A stretch of DNA of 58,198 nt. It comes from Aulosira sp. ZfuVER01. GTDB lineage: Bacteria; Cyanobacteriota; Cyanobacteriia; Cyanobacteriales; Nostocaceae. Location: NCBI GenBank assembly GCA_034530615.2, contig JAVRCV020000002.1, positions 1-58,198 on the forward strand, in the 5' to 3' direction. The notes beneath the pieces were generated by a model, which had not been told where the DNA came from, ran no database searches, and saw only the letters and a list, made by a program, of their open reading frames with translations. Below, one piece after another: positions 1-10,532 of this stretch. Each line of letters begins with the position of its first letter. The stretch's first letter is position 1. The translations under genes were made by a program, and so were the position numbers.

Positions 1-60
1 CAGTTGAATTTCTGACTATTTTTCTTTCCCTGAAGTAACAAAAGAGGGATTAAATCTAAT

Positions 61-236
61 TTTGGGCTACAAGAGCGCAAGTGAATAACTCTAAAGCACC
101 TCCGAAGAGTCTATGTTGATGAGTCTGGCATGGATGAACGGGTTCGTAAACTGTTACCCAAATCGGATAATTTACCCAATGCAATCGAGACAGTTCTCAA
201 GCAAGCAGCGTCCTAATCAAGATGGCTACGGCTATA
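61..236 (+). pseudogene. IS630-family transposase relic with internal deletion
   Basis: Frame 109-216 reads VYVDESGMDER (IS630 first catalytic Asp motif) joined directly to a C-terminus-like RVRKLLPKSDNLPNAIETVLKQAAS*. It is followed by ...GGCTACGGCTATA, which resembles an IS630 end finishing in TA. Confidence 0.6.
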
Positions 237-364
237 GCTTCCTTTTACTCTCGTCTACCTCTAGCTATAAAAAATCTCTTGAAGGCGATCGCAATATCTA
301 CCCCCAAGAGTTATGTTCCAACTTTTTTATTTGTCCACAGTTAAAGTTAAAGTATAATTTTATA

Positions 365-2245
365 CTACTCCACTGTGACGCTTTTCGCTAGGTTCCTAGG
401 CTGGTCAACGTCTAAGCCACGACGGGCAGCAATGTGATAAGCCAATAATTGCAAGGGAATTACTGTCAGAATGGGAGAGAGTAATTCATCTACAGTTGCA
501 ACTGGTAATAAATCGTTGAAGATTTCTGCTGCTTCGCCATCTTTGACGGGAGTAACGCCAATTAAGCGAGAATCTCTAGCTTTAGCTTCCTGAGCATTAG
601 AAATCACCTTTTCATAAACACTACCAGGAACAGCGATCGCAACTACCGGTACTTTAGCATCCAAAAGCGCGATCGGGCCGTGCTTCATTTCTCCGGCGGG
701 ATAGCCTTCGGCGTGAATGTAGCTAATTTCTTTTAATTTCAATGCACCTTCTAGGGCGATGGGGAAGTTAATCCCTCTGCCTAAAAAGATGAAATCTTGG
801 GTTTCGGCAAAGTCGTGGGCTAAGTGTTCGGTTAAATTTACTTGAACATCTAAAGTTGCTTCAATTTCTTTAGGAACTTGTCGCAAGCCTTCAATAATCT
901 CTGCTATTCTGTCTGGGGAAATTGTCCGACGATAAGCTGCTAAATCTAATGCTAAAGCGTAAAATGCCATCAATTGCGCCACAAAGGTTTTTGTTGCTGC
1001 AACCCCAATTTCAATTCCTGCCAAGGTATTGATAATATGGGGAACCATGTGACCGAGGCTGCTTTCGGGGCGATTGGTAATCCCCAGCAATCGCGCTTGA
1101 TATTTACTTTCTCTGCCTTGGCGACGTTCTTGTTCCATCGCTAAAGCGGCTAGAGTATCAGCTGTTTCACCTGATTGCGTCACACCAATAATCAAGGTGT
1201 TAGGTATCAAAGGTGATGGCGCATAGCGATACTCCGAAGCATAGTGTACTTGTGTAGAAATCCCTGCAACTTGTTCAAGCAAGTATTTTCCTACTAATGC
1301 AGCGTGCCAACTAGTACCACAAGCAACGATTTGAATTTGTTCTATATCTGCGTAGAATTCTGGAGGTAAACCGAGATTAATTGGTGACTGAGTAGATGAA
1401 GCCGAATTACCGTCATTACTAAAATAAGCTTCTAAACTAGCGCGTACTACTCCTGGTTGCTCGTAAATTTCTTTGAGCATGAAGTGTTTGAATCCCTGCT
1501 TTTCTACCATCGTGGGATTCAAATTCAACAATCGGGGTTGCTTTTTGAGTCTATCGCCAGCAAAGTTGTAAATCTCAACGCCCAGAGGTGTCAGGCGCGC
1601 AATTTCCCCATTCTCTAAGGGTAGCACTGCCCGGGTATAAGCAACGATCGCGGGCGTATCGGAAGCACAAAAGAATTCCCCTTGCCCAAAGCCAATTACC
1701 AAGGGCGCTTGTTGCCGAACCACAATTAATTCATCTGGGTAGTCAGCAGAAATAACTGCGATCGCAAATGCACCTTCTAGGTGGTTTACTGCTTGGCGAA
1801 CTGCATCTAGCAAAGAAGAAGAGGTAGATGTTTTGAGAATTTCGGCAATTAGGTGAGGAATGACTTCTGTATCTGTGTCCGAACGAAACTGATGTCCTTT
1901 TGATTTAAGTTCCTCTCGCAACTCACGGTAGTTTTCAATAATGCCATTTTGCACTACCGCTACTCGCATTGCCGTATCTACGTGGGGATGGGCGTTGTAC
2001 TCTTCTGGTTTACCATGAGTTGCCCAGCGAGTATGACCAATGCCAATTTGTGCTGGGTTTTCTATATTTTCCAGTTTAGAACGTAAGTTATGCAGTTTGC
2101 CCTTTGCCCGCACGCATTGAACATCACCTTCCCAGATGGTAGCGATTCCTGCGGAATCGTACCCTCGATACTCCAGTTTTTCTAGACCAGCTAGTAGAAT
2201 TTCTGTCGCCGCTTGAGTGCCGATATAGCCAACGATTCCGCACAT
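365..2245 (-). CDS. glmS: Glutamine--fructose-6-phosphate aminotransferase
   Basis: MCGIVG N-terminus, GHTRWATHG, SIS domains, C-terminal PRNLAKSVTVE. Confidence 0.99.
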   Translation of the reverse strand: MCGIVGYIGTQAATEILLAGLEKLEYRGYDSAGIATIWEGDVQCVRAKGKLHNLRSKLENIENPAQIGIGHTRWATHGKPEEYNAHPHVDTAMRVAVVQNGIIENYRELREELKSKGHQFRSDTDTEVIPHLIAEILKTSTSSSLLDAVRQAVNHLEGAFAIAVISADYPDELIVVRQQAPLVIGFGQGEFFCASDTPAIVAYTRAVLPLENGEIARLTPLGVEIYNFAGDRLKKQPRLLNLNPTMVEKQGFKHFMLKEIYEQPGVVRASLEAYFSNDGNSASSTQSPINLGLPPEFYADIEQIQIVACGTSWHAALVGKYLLEQVAGISTQVHYASEYRYAPSPLIPNTLIIGVTQSGETADTLAALAMEQERRQGRESKYQARLLGITNRPESSLGHMVPHIINTLAGIEIGVAATKTFVAQLMAFYALALDLAAYRRTISPDRIAEIIEGLRQVPKEIEATLDVQVNLTEHLAHDFAETQDFIFLGRGINFPIALEGALKLKEISYIHAEGYPAGEMKHGPIALLDAKVPVVAIAVPGSVYEKVISNAQEAKARDSRLIGVTPVKDGEAAEIFNDLLPVATVDELLSPILTVIPLQLLAYHIAARRGLDVDQPRNLAKSVTVE

Positions 2246-2318
2246 TTTCGTTCACCACTCCCTGTTGAGGATGATTCCCAACCTGTTTAAGTTGTTACCA
2301 TAGAAGTGACATTTTAGC

Positions 2319-2345
2319 AAAGAAAAAAGGAGTATATTACTCCTT
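2319..2345 (-). terminator. Probable intrinsic terminator downstream of psaC
   Basis: Hairpin AAGGAGTA-ata-TACTCCTT followed by a T-run on the minus strand. Confidence 0.55.
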
Positions 2346-2376
2346 GTGATAGTAATTATTTTTAAACAACGATGCT

Positions 2377-2401
2377 GTAGGGTGGCAAGTATCCACCCTA
2401 C
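2377..2401. repeat. REP-like palindrome GTAGGGTGG...CCACCCTAC
   Basis: 9-bp perfect inverted repeat with GTAG ends just 3' of psaC. Confidence 0.6.
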
Positions 2402-2476
2402 GATCCTAAAGGTGCTTGCTAATTAAGAAACTTGATTGCGAGCCAAATGAGAAATTAAAATGAATTCCTCAATAAC

Positions 2477-2815
<339 letters not shown>

Positions 2816-3533
2816 CTACATAACTTTAAACAATGTAATAAGGATTCGGTGAAATTTGCCTTTGTCATATCGTCCCCATCGCCCGATTCCCCGATAAATC
2901 AACCACATCATAGGACAGCATTTTGCTTTTGACTCTCTGCCCCTGCATCTATTTGTAAAGATTTATGAATCTTTACTTAATCTCTTCTAGGCAGCAAAAA
3001 AGTAGCAGGAAAGTCGCCTATGGTACTTAGCAGCATAAACCTGCATACAAAATTCAACTGAAGAATTGAACCAGTAATATTGTGATTGATTCGATGCTAA
3101 TCATAGCATTTTGCCAATGGTAATTTGAAGCGTAATCAGCATTTCATGATAGCTAATAAATAATGCGATCGCCTTTGTTAATTTGTAGCTTAAATAGCTG
3201 ATTGTATTGCACAAATAGGTGTTCTGAGAGTTAGATTTTTCTCCACATTCAGAGATTGTTAAGCTGTTAAATTATAAACAATCTCATAATTCTTGGTTAA
3301 GATCAATGCTGCTTGCTCTAGAAAGCGATCCCAAAGAATATTAGAGTTTGATTTATATCTCCGGCTTGTTGTCGCAATTCGTAGGGTAGAAACCAGGGAT
3401 CTGGAACTTATGAGCGATCGCTAGATCTAAACCCAGGAAATTTAGCAAACTATTAATTATAATCTAAATTCGGTAAGCTAAAAGAGGTTACTAAGATACC
3501 ATTTTTATAATGTAAAGCAAATCACATAAGCTT

Positions 3534-3899
3534 ATGGAGCCAGACTCTTTACCAACCGAGGTGATTTTGACGCATCCGCGTCAATCCCTCGGTAGAGCGC
3601 GACTTGATTGGACACCCCAACCTGGGAACTACCTTGATTTTGAAGGTAAAACCTACGCAGTTTTGGAACGCCGCCATAAATACCAACTGAAAGCAGGGCG
3701 CTACCGCTTGCATAATATCGCCCTTTACGTACAGTCTGCTCAAAGACCAGCGGAGAAAACCTTGGTACAAGGACGTTGGGTAATCGGTGATGCCACTTGT
3801 TGCTACAATGCTCAATCGGAAATCGTCCGTTGTGCAGTCAATCCCAGTGGCCCTTGTAATTCTTGCCGATTCTATGAAAGGATGAAGGCTGAAGCATGA
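3534..3899 (+). CDS. Conserved cyanobacterial protein (DUF6464-like) with C-terminal Cys cluster
   Basis: C-terminal IGDATCCYNA...RCAVNPSGPCNSCRFYE motif. Confidence 0.8.
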   Translation: MEPDSLPTEVILTHPRQSLGRARLDWTPQPGNYLDFEGKTYAVLERRHKYQLKAGRYRLHNIALYVQSAQRPAEKTLVQGRWVIGDATCCYNAQSEIVRCAVNPSGPCNSCRFYERMKAEA

Positions 3900-3923
3900 A
3901 ACTCATACTTCAGGCTTAAAACT

Positions 3924-4925
3924 TCAGCCTTTTTCAAACACCTCTCCTACAGTTAAGCGGCTGCCATTGACAAAATCCCATCCCGACTGAAGACGTTTGC
4001 CAGCTTGCTGAACCTCTCGCAACAACAACATACCTTCGCCAGTTTGGACAATCGCTCCAATTCCCTTGGTAATGTTTACCACTTCTCCCGGACTACCGGA
4101 TAACGTTGACAAATCAGGCAATTTGTGAGTTATTTTTTCTAATTCTGGTGGTAGCTTATAGCTGTAAGCAGAACCAAGGGGAACGGTAGCAGTAATTTTG
4201 AGCGATTGGTTGCGAAAGCTGGCGGTGCAGTTAGGGTAAAAGCCTCTGATTTGGTTGTGTAATTGCATAGCGCTTTTTGACCAATCTAAACCATAATCCG
4301 GCTTTTGAATTAATGGTGCATAAGTCGCTTCAGAATTATCTTGAGGAATTGCTGTGATTTCCTGTAGTTCCAGTTTAAATAAGGTTTCCAGCAATAAATC
4401 TGCACCTAATATAGCTAGCCTTTCGGCTAAATTTTGAGCATTATCAAGTAATTCAATAGATGTAGTTGCTTTCAACAGCATTGCACCTGTATCCATCCCT
4501 GCATCCATTAACATTGTGGTGATCCCCGTTTCTAACTCGCCGTTATGCAAACACCACTGAATGGGAGCAGCACCCCGATACTTAGGCAGAATTGAGCCAT
4601 GCACGTTAATGCAACCTAATTTCGGCATATCTAAGATATTTTGTGACAAAATTTGCCCATAGGCTACAACCACAAACGCATCTGCATCTGCTTGTTTGAG
4701 TTTGGTTAACGTTGCAGTGTGTTTTTTCAGGCGTTGGGGTTGCCATATTGGCAAGTTAGCAGCAGTAGCCAGGATTTTTACTGGTGAAGGTGTTAGTTTA
4801 TTCCCTCTTTCTCGGCGTTTATCTGGTTGAGTAACAACTGCTAATACCTCAATTTCTGGGTGATTCAGCAACTTTTCGAGAGTGGGGACAGCAAACTGGG
4901 GAGTACCAAAAAATACGATTTTCAT
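3924..4925 (-). CDS. fmt: Methionyl-tRNA formyltransferase
   Basis: [45 protein letters not shown]. Confidence 0.98.
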   Translation of the reverse strand: MKIVFFGTPQFAVPTLEKLLNHPEIEVLAVVTQPDKRRERGNKLTPSPVKILATAANLPIWQPQRLKKHTATLTKLKQADADAFVVVAYGQILSQNILDMPKLGCINVHGSILPKYRGAAPIQWCLHNGELETGITTMLMDAGMDTGAMLLKATTSIELLDNAQNLAERLAILGADLLLETLFKLELQEITAIPQDNSEATYAPLIQKPDYGLDWSKSAMQLHNQIRGFYPNCTASFRNQSLKITATVPLGSAYSYKLPPELEKITHKLPDLSTLSGSPGEVVNITKGIGAIVQTGEGMLLLREVQQAGKRLQSGWDFVNGSRLTVGEVFEKG

Positions 4926-5135
4926 GTTAGTTAAAAGTCAAGGTTCACGAGTAAATCTTCAAAAGTCAAGAGTCAATAGACTTTCAACTCTTAACAATAA
5001 ATAAGTTTTTTAGTGCTAAAGTGGTTTGATATTGGTGAAACTAAAGGTTCCTTGATAAACTTATAGTTAAGTTTAAGTTAGCCAGCAGATAAGCTAGTAA
5101 TAACTGCTTATACTGCTAGCAACATCAACTCTTTG

Positions 5136-5170
5136 GCGATGTCTGACGACAATCCTCTGTGCGTCTACCG
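5136..5170. repeat. Degenerate small dispersed repeat starting with a HIP1 half-site
   Basis: GCGAT-GTCTGACGACAATCCTCTGTGCGTCTAC resembles HIP1-inserted small dispersed repeats of Nostocales (from recall). Confidence 0.4.
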
Positions 5171-5809
5171 ATTGAATCTCGTTTCGTGTGTTTCCTAGAA
5201 TTGAGCTGATGGTGTATGTACATCGAAATGTCACTATGTTCTCACAATTAATGTAGAACAGATGACAATTTATGCTCTTGGGTAGATACTAGTAATGGTT
5301 TTTGAGTTGTAAATATGTTGCGCGTCAGCTTTGCCAGCTTTTCAAGTAACGCCTCAAATTTCCCTTAATTCAAATACTGCGATTTTGTAGCAGTTTATAA
5401 GTAGGGAGGCGGCCTGCGGGTTAGCGATCCCTAACACAACTCGTAACAGCCCAGTTATTTAAATCTCGGCTGTGGTTATTAACAGCTGAAATGGTAGCCT
5501 TATTGCCCCTGGATCGATACCCCTAGGTACGATTGGGTGTTAAGTCTTGAACCAGCCTGCTTTGTGCTTTATATGGCTTAGTCAATCTGTATTATTACTA
5601 TAATAACAGATAGCTTGACTATACCAGTATATTATTATTTATAGGTGTTAGCTATGATACTTAAGTTTTGTAAAACTGTGATAACTTTGAACAAATTATC
5701 TCGTTAAAACTTTTAGTTTCTTGTTATACCTATAGTTAGTTATAGCCAAATCCCATTGCTGCCCAGGTCTGCTCCTCACACAGCAACCGCCCCCCTAGAG
5801 AGTCAACCC

Positions 5810-7132
5810 ATGCTTAAACCTCTTTTGCTGTCAGGATGGTTTCGCGTCAAACCATTTATCAAATATGCTGTCGTTATGATACTGATTGCACCTCTAGTAG
5901 CGGCGTCAGGTCATTCTACCTCGGCTAGGCAATCAGAAGTAGCAAAAAGCACCTCTGAAAGTGAACAATCTGGTTCAACGTCAACAGAAATAGCTGCTGT
6001 TAGCGAACCAGATGTAGCTGATATATTACAAGCAGCACCAAGTAACACCTTGACTAGAGAATCTGACTCTCAGCTACAAGGAATGGGTATTATTGGAGAA
6101 CCGCAATTTTCACCAACAGACAAAATTGAGTCTTCCCCAGGAGCAGCAAATGTTGTAAAAGAAGATTCTGTTTCTGGCAATAATGTACCTACTAAAGATT
6201 CATTAACAGCAGTAGAACTCGCGCCCTCTACAAAGCTGTCTTCTAGCCAATTAAATTTATTACAAAAATTAAGAAATTCCAAAATCCAATCTTTAAAAGC
6301 AGAGAATTCTCTACCAAAAGAGGTAATTGTTACGCAATCGTTGGCAGCAACTCAAGTTTCTCCCATTTTGCCGCAACCAAACGCTAACAAGGAAGTACCT
6401 GTTTCTGAAGAATCTGGCTCAGATCAAGCAGCAGCAGATCCTATAGGTAGCCCCCATCCTATTCCCTGGAAATGGATTTTGGCTACTCAAGAGGCAATTG
6501 GTTCTAAGGGTGGTTCTGGAGTACGTTACTATCGTAGCGTTCCTGTAGTTTCTCCAGATGGTAAGCATATTGTTTATAGTCGGGTGCGACTGGAAGTAAA
6601 ACCCGAAATGTACAATAGCCGCGTTACCAGTGTTTTGTTTGTCGAAGACATACAAACCAAAAAGTTACGGGTAATTGCTTCAACTTCTGTTCTTAGCGAT
6701 CCCCTGTTACAGAAACAAGCCCAGTCCGCAGAACCAGCAGAAGGCAATGGTAAAATTGGTGTATTAGTTCCGGTGAGCTGGTCAGAAAAAGGCGATCGCT
6801 TCTTAGCACGCAAGTTTGAAGGTATATTCAACACAGCCGATTCTACAGATCGTGCAGTAATCTGGGATCGACAAAACAATCAAGCTAACACTGTTTCTCC
6901 TGTAAGTGATACAGATGAGCATGAAAAAATTGCAGTGTTATTAGGTTGGAGTAAGAGTCAACCCGATCATGTACTGTTTCGTGCTGGCGAACTCGGTGAT
7001 GAAGATTGGCCTTTAGTGAAAGTGGCAATTGATGGCAAGACTGTAAATACAAATCCAGATACAGATCAGCCGATTACTTTTGGTCAAAAGCTTACAGATG
7101 CTTGGGCGGGGCCACAAGTCGCCTATCGATAG
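5810..7132 (+). CDS. Hypothetical exported protein: low-complexity N-half, beta-rich (propeller-like) C-half
   Basis: Hydrophobic stretch AVVMILIAPLVAA, Ser/Thr/Glu-rich linker, VSPDGK and VSWSEKG propeller-like motifs. ATG 5810 preferred over TTG 5756. Confidence 0.7.
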   Translation: MLKPLLLSGWFRVKPFIKYAVVMILIAPLVAASGHSTSARQSEVAKSTSESEQSGSTSTEIAAVSEPDVADILQAAPSNTLTRESDSQLQGMGIIGEPQFSPTDKIESSPGAANVVKEDSVSGNNVPTKDSLTAVELAPSTKLSSSQLNLLQKLRNSKIQSLKAENSLPKEVIVTQSLAATQVSPILPQPNANKEVPVSEESGSDQAAADPIGSPHPIPWKWILATQEAIGSKGGSGVRYYRSVPVVSPDGKHIVYSRVRLEVKPEMYNSRVTSVLFVEDIQTKKLRVIASTSVLSDPLLQKQAQSAEPAEGNGKIGVLVPVSWSEKGDRFLARKFEGIFNTADSTDRAVIWDRQNNQANTVSPVSDTDEHEKIAVLLGWSKSQPDHVLFRAGELGDEDWPLVKVAIDGKTVNTNPDTDQPITFGQKLTDAWAGPQVAYR

Positions 7133-7151
7133 TTTATTTATATAAAATCTT

Positions 7152-7193
7152 AAAAAGTCCCGTTGTTGCTGAGTTGACAACGGGAATTTTTTT
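7152..7193. terminator. Bidirectional terminator between convergent genes
   Basis: A-run, TCCCGTTGT...ACAACGGGA stem, T-run. Confidence 0.7.
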
Positions 7194-7584
7194 ATGGAAT
7201 GAAAAGCCGACCCACTCCCATGTAATTCTCAATTTCTAAGGCAATTTCAACCAAACGATCAACACACCGTTCTCGATATTCAGATTCATCAAAACGAGTG
7301 AGATCTCCGATTGTAATGATAGGAAATGAAGTTGATGTATTCTCATCACGCATCACCTGCTCCAAGGAACCTTCACCCTTCAGGTTCCGATTGGCGGTCA
7401 GGATCAGCATTTGATTTGCTTGAGCGTGATTCCACAAAGTGCGATCGCTGCTATCCATCGACAGCCCAGTGTCCTTGAAAGTAACAAACTGTATAGAAAA
7501 GAACTCAAGCCAACCGCGTTTCGCCAAAATGCCGAGTAGAAGGGTAGCATAACCGTCTAGATTGTAATCAACCAGAAACTTCAT
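7192..7584 (-). CDS. DUF5615/PIN-like toxin of a putative toxin-antitoxin pair
   Basis: MKFLVDYNL start, SSDRTLW, ILTANR motifs; overlaps the upstream DUF433 gene by 4 nt. Confidence 0.75.
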   Translation of the reverse strand: MKFLVDYNLDGYATLLLGILAKRGWLEFFSIQFVTFKDTGLSMDSSDRTLWNHAQANQMLILTANRNLKGEGSLEQVMRDENTSTSFPIITIGDLTRFDESEYRERCVDRLVEIALEIENYMGVGRLFIP

Positions 7585-7964
7585 AGCTTGAGCGAAGCAC
7601 GTTCAGCTTTCTGCTGTTCAAGTTTTGCCCAAAGAACTTGTTGACCTGACTTGCGCGGCTTGGTTTCAAGATGTGTAAAGTGTTCGCGGTTGCGGTCTTC
7701 CCAGTAATGACGAATTTCTTCTCTGGTTTGGAGGACTTCTTGATATTCGATTTCTACCTGAGTACTATTTTCTGCAATATATGATAAAGCAGCACTAATT
7801 TGTGCATCAGTGAGATTGAATTTGTCACGAATGAGTTTAGCCGGGTACTGAGCTTTCAGAAAATCCATAACATCATACAGGTTGGTGCGTGTTCCAGCGA
7901 TCGTCAGTCCTCGTTCTGTACGAATAATAGCTGCTTGCCCATTTGATGTGATAGTCATTCTCAA
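7581..7964 (-). CDS. DUF433 family protein (putative antitoxin)
   Basis: GLTIAGTRTNLYDVM...FNLTDAQISAALSY DUF433 pattern. Confidence 0.8.
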   Translation of the reverse strand: MRMTITSNGQAAIIRTERGLTIAGTRTNLYDVMDFLKAQYPAKLIRDKFNLTDAQISAALSYIAENSTQVEIEYQEVLQTREEIRHYWEDRNREHFTHLETKPRKSGQQVLWAKLEQQKAERASLKL

Positions 7965-8129
7965 TGCTCCTATGAGGCTAAGTCTATACTATCCAATAAC
8001 CATGTAAAGATATTGATTTTCTCTAGGAGTAAATTATTGTCTGCTTTTGCAATTTTGATTTCCGCACAATAGTAATAGCCATTAGCAATTAGCTAATCGC
8101 TATGAGCTAGAACAATAGTTAGTCCAAAA

Positions 8130-8432
8130 CTAGGTAGTTGTTTCGCTACTTTCTACTAATTCTTCTGTATCTTCTTTGACTCTACGGATGGGCAAGTTGG
8201 CAATTAAAGCTGTAGTTCTTTGGTTACTTTCTAGGGAAAACTCCAAGTGATCTGTATCAACTTCTACGTAGCGGCAGACAATCTCTAGGATTTCTTGACG
8301 CATTTTTTCCAACTTCTGGGGATCTAAGTCAGCGCGATCGTGGGCTATCACCAATTGCAGGCGACGTTTAACGTGGGTGCGACTGGTATCTGGAGAACGA
8401 ACAAAAAGCCTTTCTAAAAGTTCAAGAATCAT
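8130..8432 (-). CDS. minE: Cell division topological specificity factor MinE
   Basis: [26 protein letters not shown]; follows minD. Confidence 0.97.
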   Translation of the reverse strand: MILELLERLFVRSPDTSRTHVKRRLQLVIAHDRADLDPQKLEKMRQEILEIVCRYVEVDTDHLEFSLESNQRTTALIANLPIRRVKEDTEELVESSETTT

Positions 8433-8464
8433 TGCAAATAGGTCTGCGGAGACAGGAAAATTAG

Positions 8465-9271
8465 TTAACCAATCTTAGTCCACAACAACTTTCTCAAACG
8501 AGTGAAGATGTTGTCATTGGGTGAGTCGAGTTCAAGAAATTCGACAGATTCCCCTTCCAATCTGCGAGCAATGTTCTCAAAAGCTGTGGCAGCTATAGAA
8601 GGTGTGTCCGATAATACCAGAGGTTCGCCGCGATTGGTAGAGACAATAACACGCTCATCATCGGGGATCACTCCAATTAGAGGGATGGCGAGAAGTTCCT
8701 GAACATCTTGAACAGACATCATATCATTGGCTCGCACCATTGCGGGTCTGATCCGGTTGATGATCAGATGGATACGCTTAATGCCTTGTGCTTCTAATAA
8801 CCCAACTACACGGTCAGCATCACGGACAGCAGAAATTTCTGGCGTGGTGACAATTAGGGCTTCTTTAGCGGGTGCGATCGCATTTTTGAAACCCATTTCA
8901 ATACCCGCAGGGCTATCGATGATTACGTACTGGTACTTTTGCGCCAGTGCATTCACCAATAACTTCATCTGGTCGGGAGTAACTGATTCTTTGGTGCGAT
9001 TCTGGGCTGCGGGTAGGAGTACCAGATTAGTTTGTCGCTTATCTTTCACCAAAGCTTGTTCTAAGCGACACTCCCTAGCTAGAACTTCTACCGCCGTATA
9101 AACAATGCGGTTTTCTAGTCCTAGTAGCAAATCCAAATTTCTTAAACCAAAATCCGCATCAACTAAGGCTACTTGACGCCCAATTTTGGCTATAGCCATG
9201 CCCAGATTTGCTGAAACTGTGGTTTTACCCACCCCTCCTTTACCGGAGGTAATGACAATAATGCGAGTCAT
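8465..9271 (-). CDS. minD: Septum site-determining ATPase MinD
   Basis: [19 protein letters not shown]-terminal amphipathic helix. Confidence 0.99.
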   Translation of the reverse strand: MTRIIVITSGKGGVGKTTVSANLGMAIAKIGRQVALVDADFGLRNLDLLLGLENRIVYTAVEVLARECRLEQALVKDKRQTNLVLLPAAQNRTKESVTPDQMKLLVNALAQKYQYVIIDSPAGIEMGFKNAIAPAKEALIVTTPEISAVRDADRVVGLLEAQGIKRIHLIINRIRPAMVRANDMMSVQDVQELLAIPLIGVIPDDERVIVSTNRGEPLVLSDTPSIAATAFENIARRLEGESVEFLELDSPNDNIFTRLRKLLWTKIG

Positions 9272-9333
9272 GATCGAAACACGCTCAATAGGGTTTAGGA
9301 AATATAGTAGTTACTTCTGGCTCCCGATCGATC

Positions 9334-10392
9334 CTACTTCAGTTGGTTGCGGGAAAAATCAATAGCCCTGGCGATGCGAATGCCTTGCGATGTGATATGT
9401 GCTACTTCGGGAGAAAACTGTGTTGGCGATTTTTCTGGTGCCCTAGCTACGGCATCTGCAATCCGCAATTGGGTTGGTTCCATTTGCAAGGACATAATCA
9501 GACACTCACGATTGCCACTAGCACCAGCATGGGCAACTCCCCTTAACCGACCCCAGACTACAATATCTCCATCTGCAACTACGATACCACCTGGATTTAA
9601 ATCTCCCAAGATAATGACACTTCCCGGATGACGAATTTCTACTCCAGAACGTACAGTCATTTCTAGATAAAGCGCATCTGCTAAGGGGGTGGGGGCAGTT
9701 TTGATTTCGGAACTGAGGGAAGTTTCTAGTTGTAGTTGTTCTACAGAATAACCAGAAGATACAGCTGCGATCGCAGTTTGACGACGACTAGTAGCTACAG
9801 ATTTTAGCTGTAGTTGAACTTCACTCAAAACTTCAGCAAGTTCTTGCAGTTGTCGGCTATCTAACAAGCGGTCTTTTGCCATCAGATAGACTGGTGTATT
9901 GGGTATGCGGAAGCGTTCGGCTTGTAAGCGTTGGCGCATCTGTTGCCAAACTTCATACCAGCTAAATTCGGCAGCAGGTATTTGTGCTTCTGTAGGCAAA
10001 ATTAATAAAAGTCGTCCATCCTCAGTTTTCCATTGAACTTGAATATTATTTTTTAGTTTATTTTCTGGTAATGGTAAATCAAGGGCATTTAAATCAGAAA
10101 GGGCAGAAATTGAGTCTAGATCGGGTATGGCAGCATTGGCGGCGGTATCATTAGAGTCAGGTTTCTCTGGCTTTGATGTCGCATCAGCAGACGCAGAATT
10201 TGTCTGAGAGTCAGGGCTATCTAGCTTTGATGCCGCATCATCAGGCGGAGAATTTGACTTTAAATAATTAAGAACAGAATTTAGCTCCACCTCCGGGAGA
10301 ATAGAGTTTAATTCTTTATCGGAAGCGTTAGATCTTGAATCTGCATCAGGGAGTGCAGAATTTGACTCTAAATCGGCAGAATCAGAAGTCAT
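9334..10392 (-). CDS. minC: Septum site-determining protein MinC with acidic N-terminal extension
   Basis: TVRSG...ILGDLNPGG...VWGRLRGVAHAG. Start placed at ATG 10392. Confidence 0.93.
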   Translation of the reverse strand: MTSDSADLESNSALPDADSRSNASDKELNSILPEVELNSVLNYLKSNSPPDDAASKLDSPDSQTNSASADATSKPEKPDSNDTAANAAIPDLDSISALSDLNALDLPLPENKLKNNIQVQWKTEDGRLLLILPTEAQIPAAEFSWYEVWQQMRQRLQAERFRIPNTPVYLMAKDRLLDSRQLQELAEVLSEVQLQLKSVATSRRQTAIAAVSSGYSVEQLQLETSLSSEIKTAPTPLADALYLEMTVRSGVEIRHPGSVIILGDLNPGGIVVADGDIVVWGRLRGVAHAGASGNRECLIMSLQMEPTQLRIADAVARAPEKSPTQFSPEVAHITSQGIRIARAIDFSRNQLK

Positions 10393-10532
10393 GCAGCACC
10401 AGCCAAAAAACAAGGAACAATCGATACTAAATTAGTTGCATCGTGCAACAACATCCTTACACCAGAAAGTGCTGAGTGCTGAGTTATGAGTGCTGAGTAT
10501 ATCAGACAAAATAAAAATCTTCACTCACAACT

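Noticed and set aside
113..391. 92-aa ORF in the ORF track
   Set aside because: Wrong frame across the IS630 relic, overlaps the glmS 3' end, and has no recognisable motif.
2246..2476. glmS ribozyme upstream of glmS
   Set aside because: No recognisable ribozyme core; the spacer is explained by psaC 3' hairpins.
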